Virus record (IMG/VR): IMGVR_UViG_3300033559_000206
Coordinates: 1 to 24,438 of that record
DNA: 24,438 bases
Source: a virus
Lineage: Duplodnaviria > Caudoviricetes
Reading direction: 5' to 3' (one strand)
The stretch's first letter is position 1, and the number at the start of each line of letters is the position of its first letter. This document shows, piece by piece, positions 16,905 to 24,438 of this stretch. Below the pieces are notes generated by a model, which saw only the letters and a list, made by a program, of their open reading frames with translations, was not told where the DNA came from and did not search any database. The translations under genes and the position numbers were made by a program.

Positions 16905-17213
16905 TTAATCAATATTATTAGCAACTAAATTCCATTGTTGCCAATCATTTGAGTTCCAATTTCTTGTAGAAATAGCGTCTTCTATTCTATCTACCAATTT
17001 TTCAAAATTATAGGCTATATCGTGCCATTTATTTTGAAAATTGGTTTTGCCGTTTTTTAATTCAGCAATCATATTTTCAACAAATAAATTATGTTCTTTC
17101 TGTGCATTCTCAGCAACTTTTAAGGCTTTGCGCATTTTTACAACATTTTTAGAACTATGCAACATCTCAAAAATGTTATTTTCAAATTGTTTGTATTCTT
17201 TTAAAGTTTTCAT
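16905..17213 (-). CDS. Hypothetical helical protein
   Basis: Start reassigned to ATG 17213 (MKTLKEY); promoter upstream. Confidence 0.78.
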   Translation of the reverse strand: MKTLKEYKQFENNIFEMLHSSKNVVKMRKALKVAENAQKEHNLFVENMIAELKNGKTNFQNKWHDIAYNFEKLVDRIEDAISTRNWNSNDWQQWNLVANNID

Positions 17214-17266
17214 TTTCGTATTTTTAATTGTGAAAAACAATAATTATTTATCTTATTTTGATATTA

Positions 17267-17298
17267 CAAAGATAAAACAAAAGTTTTATGTATGCAAT
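17267..17298 (-). promoter_or_regulatory. Bacteroidota-type promoter
   Basis: Minus strand TTG at -33 and TAtcTTTG (17274-17267). Confidence 0.75.
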
Positions 17299-17322
17299 AG
17301 TTAATCAAAAAAAGTTTAAAAA

Positions 17323-17435
17323 ATTTTTGCTTTGTAAGATACACAAAATCAATACTTTACAAAATTTTTAAAATTGATTGTTAAAAACTTTATGTTTTAT
17401 AACACTTTTTACAACTTTTAAAACGCAGATTTTTC
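17323..17435. repeat. 113-bp intergenic repeat, copy A
   Basis: Aligns ungapped to 22842-22954: 82 bp with 5 mismatches, 15-bp variable spacer, 16 bp identical. Confidence 0.95.
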
Positions 17436-17449
17436 GCAAATCGATAAAA

Positions 17450-17665
17450 TTATTTATTTTTCTTATGTTTATTTTCAGTAAAGATAACCAACTTTATCAA
17501 ACTAACAATAAATGTTTCTTGGCTGTTGCCGACCTCTGCAATAATATCTAAATAAGATTTTCCTATTTCGTTTATTTTTATTATGTTAGGTTTGTAAATC
17601 AGCATAACTTCCCTCAAATAATCTACAATGATAGGTTTTAATTTTTCGGCGGCTTCGGGTAGCAT
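17450..17665 (-). CDS. Hypothetical protein
   Basis: 71-aa ATG-start ORF, last gene of a closely packed run. Confidence 0.65.
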   Translation of the reverse strand: MLPEAAEKLKPIIVDYLREVMLIYKPNIIKINEIGKSYLDIIAEVGNSQETFIVSLIKLVIFTENKHKKNK

Positions 17666-17686
17666 GGTGTATATTTAAAATGTAAA

Positions 17687-18365
17687 TTACAATGTTATAA
17701 GCTGTTCCTGTGTTTCAAATTCAAATCTTTTAACAGCTTTATTATAAATGGCAGTATTTATTTCTATTCCCAAAAATTCCTTAATACCAAAATAATGTGC
17801 TACAATAGCAATACCGCCAGCCCCTAAGTGTGTATCAATTATTTTCATATCTTTATCAGCGTACCAATGAAATAATTTTTCGTAAACTCCCAAAGGTTTT
17901 TGAGTAGGGTGAATATTTACGGTTGTTTTCCTTTTTGGTGAAAATCCACTTTCATTACCTCTTGCATATTTCAGTATTCGTGTTTTTTTTTTGAAACGAG
18001 GTGTATATTAATTCGCCATCCGAAAAACTAAAATTATCTTGCATTTTATACCAAAACACCCAACCCATCGAGCCTGTCAAATACTGCGGAAAATAATTAG
18101 CACCAAAAAATATTTGATTTTTACTTATTCTACGAGCCTAATTAAAGTACTCTGCGTCAGGTGTTTTCATGTCCCACTCAGTATTATCATGTTCTTTGAA
18201 ACCGTTTGCTTTACAATTAATTCCATTTCTAAATGCGTTTTTATCAGCATTAATTCCGTAAGGCACATCAGCAACAAGCAAATCAAAATATTTGTCAGGA
18301 TACCTCTTCATAATCACCATGCAATCGGCATTAATTAGGGTAGTATTAAATTTATTGTAAGTCAT
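17687..18365 (-). pseudogene. Interrupted beta-class amino-DNA methyltransferase
   Basis: NADCM...DVPYG N-part; in-frame TAG 18138-18140; frame continues RISKNQIFFGANYF...DGELIYTSF; A10 tract 17983-17992 (A9 restores frame); then IHPTQKP and DTHLGAGG. Confidence 0.9.
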
Positions 18366-18366
18366 G

Positions 18367-19095
18367 TTACTTATTAATTATCAATAAACAAGTTGCAATT
18401 TGTGTACCGCTTTCTTTGAATGTTCCGGCTTCAAGTTCTATAATTTCGTGGTCAATTGTTTGTAACCATTCTTTGAAGTTGGTTTCTTTCTTTCCTTCGC
18501 AAAACCGCCAATGATTTGACATTACCGTTATAATTCTACCGCCAAAATCAAGGGTATCAAACATTTTCAATACATGGTCAATATCTTGGTTTTTTGAAAA
18601 TGGTGGATTTGCTATAATTTTGTCGAAATAATTTTTGTAACCGCACTGCAAAAAGTCATCTCCGGTATTCATATAAGACTTTTTACGTAATACATCTCGG
18701 TTGAGCGGATTCAGTTCGTAAAGATACAAGTAATAATCTAAATCTTGCGGTAACAAATCTAAAATTGCACCTTGACCAGCTGAAGGTTCTAAAACGTAAT
18801 TTCCGGTTTCAATTTCGGCAAGAGTTATCATTCTTTGTGCAAGTTCTTTTGGAGTTTCAAAAAACTGAAATTCTTTTTTAATATCAATTTTTTCACCACC
18901 TAATAATTGGTCGATAATTGATTGTGCAGCAACCGGAAAATCAAAACGAAAATCTTTACCTGTTACTTTCTTTGCACCAGCTTTTATAAGGGCTTTTTGC
19001 AAGTCTGTGAAGTCTTTACGGTCTAATTGTACTTGCGGTAAACGTACTGAGTTTCCTTCAATAGTACATTTTTCTAAAATTTCTGTTAATTTCAT
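18367..19095 (-). CDS. Gamma-order (motif I before IV) adenine DNA methyltransferase
   Basis: QFFETP, VLEPSAGQGAI, IIANPPF and GTFKESGT motifs. Confidence 0.9.
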   Translation of the reverse strand: MKLTEILEKCTIEGNSVRLPQVQLDRKDFTDLQKALIKAGAKKVTGKDFRFDFPVAAQSIIDQLLGGEKIDIKKEFQFFETPKELAQRMITLAEIETGNYVLEPSAGQGAILDLLPQDLDYYLYLYELNPLNRDVLRKKSYMNTGDDFLQCGYKNYFDKIIANPPFSKNQDIDHVLKMFDTLDFGGRIITVMSNHWRFCEGKKETNFKEWLQTIDHEIIELEAGTFKESGTQIATCLLIINK

Positions 19096-19132
19096 TTAAG
19101 TAGAATAAAAGATTAATTTTTAATGATTAATT

Positions 19133-19561
19133 TTACAAATACTTTTCAATCCACCTGAAAATAGTTCTCCAATTGCTTTCTATCAAACTTGCATTTTCCT
19201 TTTCAGACCTGCCGAAATATGAAGTTTTATACTCATCTTTTTGCAAATAGAAAAATCTTTTTTCCGGTGATAATTTATTGAAGTAAGCAATTAATTTTTC
19301 TTTTAAGAATAATGCAAGTCCTTTGTAACTGTCTATTACTGCAATAAATGTTATAATTTCAGAAATATGTTTCGTTTCATTTGCATAAGTCAATTCTTTT
19401 ACAAGTCGCATATTGTATTGAATTTGAGATGATAATATTCCGATATTGCAAGCGGCTATTTTGTCGAGGTCTGTTTCTACTACATAATTAGTAACAAAAT
19501 TTTGCAGTAAACCTATTTCATTATCGTTAAATGCTAACCATTCTTTGATTGTGTATTTCAT
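19133..19561 (-). CDS. Hypothetical protein
   Basis: Start reassigned to ATG 19561 (MKYTIKEW). Confidence 0.7.
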   Translation of the reverse strand: MKYTIKEWLAFNDNEIGLLQNFVTNYVVETDLDKIAACNIGILSSQIQYNMRLVKELTYANETKHISEIITFIAVIDSYKGLALFLKEKLIAYFNKLSPEKRFFYLQKDEYKTSYFGRSEKENASLIESNWRTIFRWIEKYL

Positions 19562-19673
19562 AATTTTCAGAAATAAAAAGATGTTTTGAAGTTTGAGGAA
19601 TTTCATAAATAACACCGTTACAATCAATTAATAGGAAGTCATCTGTAATTTTGATAACCTCACCAATAAACAT
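19527..19673 (-). CDS. Small beta-rich hypothetical protein (possibly the remnant of a gene starting at 19715)
   Basis: MFIGEVIKITDDFLLIDCNGVIYEIP...; fills the gap between neighbours; in-frame upstream ATG 19715 is separated by a TAA at 19692-19694. Confidence 0.45.
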   Translation of the reverse strand: MFIGEVIKITDDFLLIDCNGVIYEIPQTSKHLFISENYEIHNQRMVSI

Positions 19674-19728
19674 TGCACCCTTCGGATAAAATTATATTTT
19701 GTCATGCAATGTCATAATCAAATTGTTT

Positions 19729-19959
19729 TTAAAGTTGTTCAAAAGTTAAATTATTTATTAATTCAATACGCTCTTCTTCCGTTGAGGAAGGGTATTTTTC
19801 AGCAAAATGTTTTATAGCAATATCAATAAGTTTGTTTTCAATATTCCCAAATGTTCTTAAAACTGCTATAAAATTTAATTCAGGACTAATATTTATGTTT
19901 AAGTCAAGTTTACCATTATTATTAATAAATTCAATAATAATCTTAGCTGAATTTTCCAT
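19729..19959 (-). CDS. Hypothetical protein
   Basis: 76-aa ORF in operon-like packing. Confidence 0.7.
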   Translation of the reverse strand: MENSAKIIIEFINNNGKLDLNINISPELNFIAVLRTFGNIENKLIDIAIKHFAEKYPSSTEEERIELINNLTFEQL

Positions 19960-19972
19960 AACTAATTGTTTT

Positions 19973-20365
19973 TTAAAAGTTTAATTTTTCAAAATAGAAA
20001 ATTCCGTTAAAACTTTTTTCAGCAGTAATATCAAAAAATTTTGCTACTAATAACATATATGCTTTGTGCTTTTTTGATTTTTCAGTAACCGGATTTTTTG
20101 GCAGTTTGGTAATTCGCAAATGTAAAGTTTTAATTAACCTTCGGAATGTTTCTAAATTGTCGGTATGCTTATAATGATTAATAATTTTTTGGCAAGGGAC
20201 TAAATTTTCTAAATTGTGATTTTCAGTTAATTCCCTGCGTGAATTTCTACGGACAGGTTTAACGTGGTCTATTTGCCAATCGCTTTCTAATAATGTACCG
20301 GAATATGCACAATAACCACCGTACTTGTTTTTCACTAACCCCCTGACTTTCTTACTTATATACAT
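19973..20365 (-). CDS. HNH endonuclease family protein
   Basis: KYGGYCAYSG, WQIDHVKP and ENLVPCQKIINHYK motifs. Confidence 0.88.
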   Translation of the reverse strand: MYISKKVRGLVKNKYGGYCAYSGTLLESDWQIDHVKPVRRNSRRELTENHNLENLVPCQKIINHYKHTDNLETFRRLIKTLHLRITKLPKNPVTEKSKKHKAYMLLVAKFFDITAEKSFNGIFYFEKLNF

Positions 20366-20367
20366 TT

Positions 20368-20520
20368 TTAAGGTGTTTCACTTAATAAAAATTCAACTTC
20401 TACAATGATATAATCTTTTGTGTTAATATCTGGCACAACTAAAATACCGGCATACTCCTCGTCAGTAAGGGGGCTTTCGGTTAAATCATTAAACTCTTTA
20501 TTTACGTTTTCGGTTTCCAT
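20368..20520 (-). CDS. Small acidic hypothetical protein (50 aa)
   Basis: Manually translated METENVNKEFNDLTESPLTDEEYAGILVVPDINTKDYIIVEVEFLLSETP; fills the gap exactly. Confidence 0.6.
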   Translation of the reverse strand: METENVNKEFNDLTESPLTDEEYAGILVVPDINTKDYIIVEVEFLLSETP

Positions 20521-20530
20521 AAGTTTGTTT

Positions 20531-21058
20531 TTAATTGCTTTTTTCAATAGCTAAACCACCTTCAATTAAAAAATTAGTATCCACATGATTATCTAAAAAC
20601 ACTTCCATCATTTTAATATTTTCCGCACAAACATTAAAAATCTGGTTCTTTGTGATATTATTAAAATAAAACTGTTTCACCTTGCTGGCGTAAAAAACCT
20701 CATATTTTTGTTTGTCATGTGTGAAATTTATAGCAATCCATTTCCCCCTAATATAATCCTGCCCTGTTGTAAATTCGCCGAAATTTTGCGGTTTAAATTC
20801 GGTTTTAATACATTCAATTAATACTTCCTCACAATTGGCAAGTGATTTTAGAATAGGCTTAATCATTACTTGTCCATTTTCTTTGAAGTTAAACCAAGAA
20901 TGTCCGGGTGCTGCCATAAGATTACCACATCCACAAAAAATTTTATCTTCATGCGAAACCGTTGCACCCTCCAACTCCAATTCACAATCAAACGGAAGTG
21001 AAAACACCTTTAAATTGTGGTGCAAATAAGTCGTAAAATGTTTTAATTCGAGTTCCAT
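20531..21058 (-). CDS. Hypothetical protein
   Basis: 175 aa; IKPILKSL and LIEGGLAI motifs that I associate with Bacteroidota phage hypotheticals (recollection, unverified). Confidence 0.78.
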   Translation of the reverse strand: MELELKHFTTYLHHNLKVFSLPFDCELELEGATVSHEDKIFCGCGNLMAAPGHSWFNFKENGQVMIKPILKSLANCEEVLIECIKTEFKPQNFGEFTTGQDYIRGKWIAINFTHDKQKYEVFYASKVKQFYFNNITKNQIFNVCAENIKMMEVFLDNHVDTNFLIEGGLAIEKSN

Positions 21059-21064
21059 AACTTT

Positions 21065-21472
21065 TTATTTTATAATTTCATATTGGTTAAAAAATAGATT
21101 CTCTACATAGTCCCTTTGCGCTCTTGAAAGTTTTGACTTTTTATTCTGCACGGCGCAAAATTCCTTAATTAATTCTTCTTTGGAATAACGCTTCGGCTCG
21201 GCTTTGCTGCAAGAGTTTGAACCAAGCTCAGGAAAATTTAAAGGCTCAGTAATTCCGCTAATATGTAAACCACAAGACCTTGTTTTATCGGTTCTTTTAC
21301 GATATTTCACGCTGCAAATATAAAACTCACCATTGTCAAGTATAGTAGTAATTTCACCGTTTTCTTTTCGTTGTAAAGCGGATTGATAAAGCATTTCACG
21401 CTGCAATCCCATTCTTGTAACACCTGCACCATGACAGCCTACAACTAATATTTTTGGTTTTTCAGTTTCCAT
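21065..21472 (-). CDS. Hypothetical protein
   Basis: 135-aa ORF overlapping the upstream stop. Confidence 0.72.
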   Translation of the reverse strand: METEKPKILVVGCHGAGVTRMGLQREMLYQSALQRKENGEITTILDNGEFYICSVKYRKRTDKTRSCGLHISGITEPLNFPELGSNSCSKAEPKRYSKEELIKEFCAVQNKKSKLSRAQRDYVENLFFNQYEIIK

Positions 21473-21659
21473 AATTTTCTATTTTTGTGAAAAATCTAAC
21501 TTCAAGGTTTTTCAATTGTTTGTCAAAAGTATCAAGTGTTTTAAAGTAATTTGAAGGCTCCTCGTGGTCGCCAATATATCTACCTACATAAACTTTTCTT
21601 TCTGCTTGCAAACGTTCTCTTTCTTTAAAATAAACGAATAATTTGAGGGTAGCTCCCAT
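21462..21659 (-). CDS. Hypothetical protein
   Basis: 65-aa ORF tightly coupled to neighbours. Confidence 0.65.
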   Translation of the reverse strand: MGATLKLFVYFKERERLQAERKVYVGRYIGDHEEPSNYFKTLDTFDKQLKNLEVRFFTKIENYGN

Positions 21660-21661
21660 GT

Positions 21662-22297
21662 TTATTTGTTTTCAGATTTGTAAATTTCTTTTAAATCAAA
21701 ATAATTGAATAATTCAAAAAGTACTAAAATTTCAGAACGTTCCAAACCTAAGTTAATATTCAAAACTTTGTGCCAATCACTATCATATAAAACTTTATAC
21801 AATTTATAATCAACATTTTGGCACTCAATTAAATAATCTCGAAGGGCATTTCTTAAATTTCTGTGATATTGTTCGTCTGGTGTAAGAAATTCCAACGCTT
21901 TATTTTTGAAATTTAATATTCTTTCGGAATGTTCTTTTAATTTATATTCAAAAGATATTTTAAGATTCTCTTTTTCTTGAATTTGTTTCAATTCTGCTAC
22001 AGCCTTCAACTTTTCTAATTTAATTTTGTATAAATCAATTAGTTTCTTTACGGTTTTGGGTTTGTAGTTCGTGTACCTTCCCAAAATAAGAAGTGTATTG
22101 TAGTTTTCGGAATTACCTACAAATCCATCCCCCTGAAAATCGTCATTAAAGACAGGTTTATAGTGATTTGATATTCTTATTTCAGTATCTTTTTTCTTAA
22201 AATAAATACTTCCGGTTGATGCTATATTAATGTGAAAGTTATGCTTTTCCATAATAGCAAATAGCAGGACATAAGTATAGTTTTCAAAGTCCCACAT
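21662..22297 (-). CDS. Hypothetical protein (IRISNH motif)
   Basis: Start reassigned to ATG 22297 (MWDFENY), preceded by the shared CTCTTTAAAA leader; the GTG extension overlaps another reading frame. Confidence 0.72.
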   Translation of the reverse strand: MWDFENYTYVLLFAIMEKHNFHINIASTGSIYFKKKDTEIRISNHYKPVFNDDFQGDGFVGNSENYNTLLILGRYTNYKPKTVKKLIDLYKIKLEKLKAVAELKQIQEKENLKISFEYKLKEHSERILNFKNKALEFLTPDEQYHRNLRNALRDYLIECQNVDYKLYKVLYDSDWHKVLNINLGLERSEILVLFELFNYFDLKEIYKSENK

Positions 22298-22310
22298 TTT
22301 CAAAATTTTT

Positions 22311-22539
22311 TTAAAGAGTACATTCAGTTTCAAACAAATATTTATCATCAAGTCTTCGGGCTTTCTTTTTATCAGCCCTTTTTGAGCGTTTGATTGCATT
22401 TTTGTAACGACAGCCGGATTTCCAATATTTGTATTTTCCTGCTGAGTAGGTTTCACCGTCAGAGTTTGCTTGGCGAATACCTAATATTTTTTCATTCCTT
22501 TTGAGGTCATAGTAGTAGGTTTTTAAAGTTAGTTATCAT
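22311..22539 (-). pseudogene. Small basic protein gene with +1 frameshift near its start
   Basis: Removing one A from the A5 run (22520-22524) gives MITNFKTYYYDLKRNEKILGIRQ...KRADKKKARRLDDKYLFETECTL*; the downstream frame has no ATG of its own. Confidence 0.55.
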
Positions 22540-22561
22540 GGCTGAGAGTTTTTAAAGAGCT

Positions 22562-22738
22562 TTAAACGTGATATGTTGAACTGATAAAAGCGTTCGGGTA
22601 TCTATTTACATTATTTTCTAAATAAGCGGCAGCTTCGGCGTAGGTTAAAAATTCAGCAACAAGGCGACCATTGTTTTGCGGGGTTGTTTTGGTTTCAGTA
22701 ACAACTCTTACTTGGTAATATTTAGTTTCGTTTTTCAT
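22562..22738 (-). CDS. Hypothetical protein (58 aa)
   Basis: Manually translated MKNETKYYQVRVVTETKT...FLTYAEAAAYLENN...; first gene after the promoter. Confidence 0.7.
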   Translation of the reverse strand: MKNETKYYQVRVVTETKTTPQNNGRLVAEFLTYAEAAAYLENNVNRYPNAFISSTYHV

Positions 22739-22785
22739 TTCAGTAAAGTTTTAAAGAGTGATTTTTTATTGAATTATTTATACTG

Positions 22786-22835
22786 CAAAAATAATCGGTT
22801 TTCCAATATCTACAAAACTTTTTTGCAATTATTTT
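22786..22835 (-). promoter_or_regulatory. Bacteroidota-type promoter with AAAATAATTG box
   Basis: Minus strand AAAATAATTGCAAAA, TTTG, 19 nt, TAttTTTG (22793-22786). Confidence 0.8.
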
Positions 22836-22841
22836 TAAATT

Positions 22842-22954
22842 ATTTTTGCTTTGTAAAATACACAAAATCAATAAATTACAAAATTTTTAAAATTGATTGT
22901 TAAAAATTATATGTTTTATAACATGAAAACCCGAATTGAAAACGCAGATTTTTC
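22842..22954. repeat. 113-bp intergenic repeat, copy B
   Basis: See copy A at 17323-17435. Confidence 0.95.
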
Positions 22955-22992
22955 AGAAACCACAAAAATAAATTTCAAAACAAACCAAACAT

Positions 22993-23027
22993 AAAAAAAA
23001 ATTAGTGTACCAATATTGATACGCTAA
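22993..23027 (-). terminator. Probable intrinsic terminator
   Basis: Imperfect stem TTAGCGTATC/GGTACACTAA followed by T9 on the minus strand after ORF 23044. Confidence 0.6.
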
Positions 23028-23043
23028 CCGTATTTAATTAATT

Positions 23044-23493
23044 TTATTTATAGAAAGTTAAATCACTTGACAGCCAAAATTCGCCGTCATAAATCATTGT
23101 GCAACCAAATTTCGTTCTTAGCATTGCACCGAAACCATTTTGCGAATCTACCCATGAATAAATATAATATACACCACCACCAATATAAGCAACGGGGTAG
23201 TATTTTTCAGAAACAGAAGGAAACTCTGCGGTTGAGGGTGATATTAAATTTTTTCTTACAACGTCTTCCGCCATAATGTAAGCCATGACTTCCTGACCTT
23301 GTAAGTCTTCTTCTGTTGGTTTGGTATCAAATGGGATAGAAACTACTTCGCTTTCCGGTTCTTTTGTAGTATCAATTTCGGTAATAGTATCCTGTTCGGC
23401 TTCTGGTTTGTCGTCAAAAGCACCGCCGATAAAACTAATAAAAAACAAAACTCCCAAAATAATCAATAATATTTTTACTTCCTTTGCTGACAT
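23044..23493 (-). CDS. Membrane-anchored/exported hypothetical protein
   Basis: N-terminal TM helix, acidic linker, then a domain with LISPSTAEFP and VDSQNGFGA motifs. Confidence 0.8.
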   Translation of the reverse strand: MSAKEVKILLIILGVLFFISFIGGAFDDKPEAEQDTITEIDTTKEPESEVVSIPFDTKPTEEDLQGQEVMAYIMAEDVVRKNLISPSTAEFPSVSEKYYPVAYIGGGVYYIYSWVDSQNGFGAMLRTKFGCTMIYDGEFWLSSDLTFYK

Positions 23494-23514
23494 AACTAAA
23501 TAATTTTTAATAGA

Positions 23515-24438
23515 TTATGATTTACGTTTAATTAAAATTCTTCTATAAATTGCATTGCCTTTTATGATAGGTCGAATTACTAAATCACTTGAATTGCCAT
23601 CAATTTTAACGTCATTGGCGTCTAAAATTTCAAACTGCTCAGGGTTAAAATGATTCATAAATGTAATTGGCACACCCCAAATTGGTTTCATTCGCACATG
23701 ATATTTACTTGCCACAATATCAATTAGTTCATACCAAATTTTAAATAAGGCAAGATAATTAACTTCTCTTTTTGTAAGCAAAACATCAATTGCAGTATCT
23801 ACCGGAATATTAGCTACTTTTGAAACCTCAAAAGCGAAATAATTATCGTACTTAGGGTATTTTTCTACTGAAAACTTTTGATGTAATTTTAACGGCTTGT
23901 TTCGCTTGCTGTGGTATAGATTTGTAAACCAACAAATGTTTCCAAACTTCCTTAAAATTCCTGTTAAAGTCATAAATTCCACTGGCTGACAAATTCCCAA
24001 CCATAGTTTATGATTTACAATATGTTTGAAAATTTCTTTGTAAGTAATTGCATTTTGGTTTCCGATAATTAGAAATTTTTTATCATGTTTAATAAGCAAA
24101 TCTACAAACTCACGAAATAAAGAAAACGGCGGATTGGTTATTACAATATCACACTCTTTTAAAATTTCTATACTTTCAGTATTTCTAAAATCACCATTTG
24201 AATTTAAAGCTGTTTTGGTAGTTTCTTTTATTCCGTTTTTATATTCAAGCTCTAATTTATAGCTCGGCTGCAATTTATCATAATGCACCGTTATTAATTT
24301 TTGTAAGCCCAAAAAATCAAAATTCAAATGAAAATACTGCCAAAAATTCGACCACTCGGGGTCATCACAATTGCAAAGAATAATTTTATTTTTGAAATGT
24401 TCTTTGTAATTGTGAAGTTCGTTTTCAATATCGGAAAG
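23515..24438 (-). CDS. EcoRI-family adenine DNA methyltransferase (5' end outside window)
   Basis: Frame open to the window edge with ILCNCDDPEWSNFWQYF; GDFR, DIVITNPPFSLFREF, YPKYDNY and GVPITF motifs. Confidence 0.92.
   Translation of the reverse strand, partial: LSDIENELHNYKEHFKNKIILCNCDDPEWSNFWQYFHLNFDFLGLQKLITVHYDKLQPSYKLELEYKNGIKETTKTALNSNGDFRNTESIEILKECDIVITNPPFSLFREFVDLLIKHDKKFLIIGNQNAITYKEIFKHIVNHKLWLGICQPVEFMTLTGILRKFGNICWFTNLYHSKRNKPLKLHQKFSVEKYPKYDNYFAFEVSKVANIPVDTAIDVLLTKREVNYLALFKIWYELIDIVASKYHVRMKPIWGVPITFMNHFNPEQFEILDANDVKIDGNSSDLVIRPIIKGNAIYRRILIKRKS

Noticed and set aside
18138-18140. Genome-wide TAG-to-Gln recoding
   Set aside because: All long structural genes are intact in the standard code; only one internal TAG was seen, in a gene that is also frameshifted.
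19527-19673. RuvA N-terminal domain resemblance (LIDCNGVIYEI)
   Set aside because: Match is too short and no HhH domains follow; likely a generic small beta-barrel.
18367-20365. HNH plus methyltransferase as a restriction-modification system
   Set aside because: Genes are not adjacent and the HNH is a short, common phage type; no support from sequence alone.
1128-23503. Short antisense or alternate-frame ORFs (e.g. 1128, 1154, 2470, 4576, 5124, 6244, 8531, 9831, 10347, 12359, 12510, 13430, 15075, 15512, 16529, 17041, 18039, 20835, 22676, 23067, 23321)
   Set aside because: They shadow well-supported genes or promoters and lack motifs and credible starts.

Overview
AT-rich fragment of a contractile-tailed (myovirus-like) phage or prophage. 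TAnnTTTG promoters and A-rich, Shine-Dalgarno-less starts point to a Bacteroidota host. Left part (minus strand, read from 13.7 kb leftwards): prohead protease/scaffold, head decoration protein, major capsid, Ig-fused head-tail adaptor, neck/terminator genes, sheath, tube, tail assembly chaperone with a probable -1 frameshift extension, and tape measure. This late module is interrupted or flanked by three plus-strand islands. Each has a host-type promoter with the same 15-bp upstream box and a terminator. One island carries a leucine-rich-repeat gene exactly bracketed by a 32-bp direct repeat that supplies its start and stop, like a cassette. Another encodes an unannotated 28-aa hydrophobic peptide. 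Right part (14.8-24.4 kb, minus strand): small accessory genes, an HNH nuclease and four DNA methyltransferase genes, one broken by a TAG and an A10 tract. A repeated ~113-bp element sits at fixed spacing upstream of promoters there. No terminase, portal, integrase, RNA gene or CRISPR was seen. All functional calls come from motif and synteny recognition, not from database searches.
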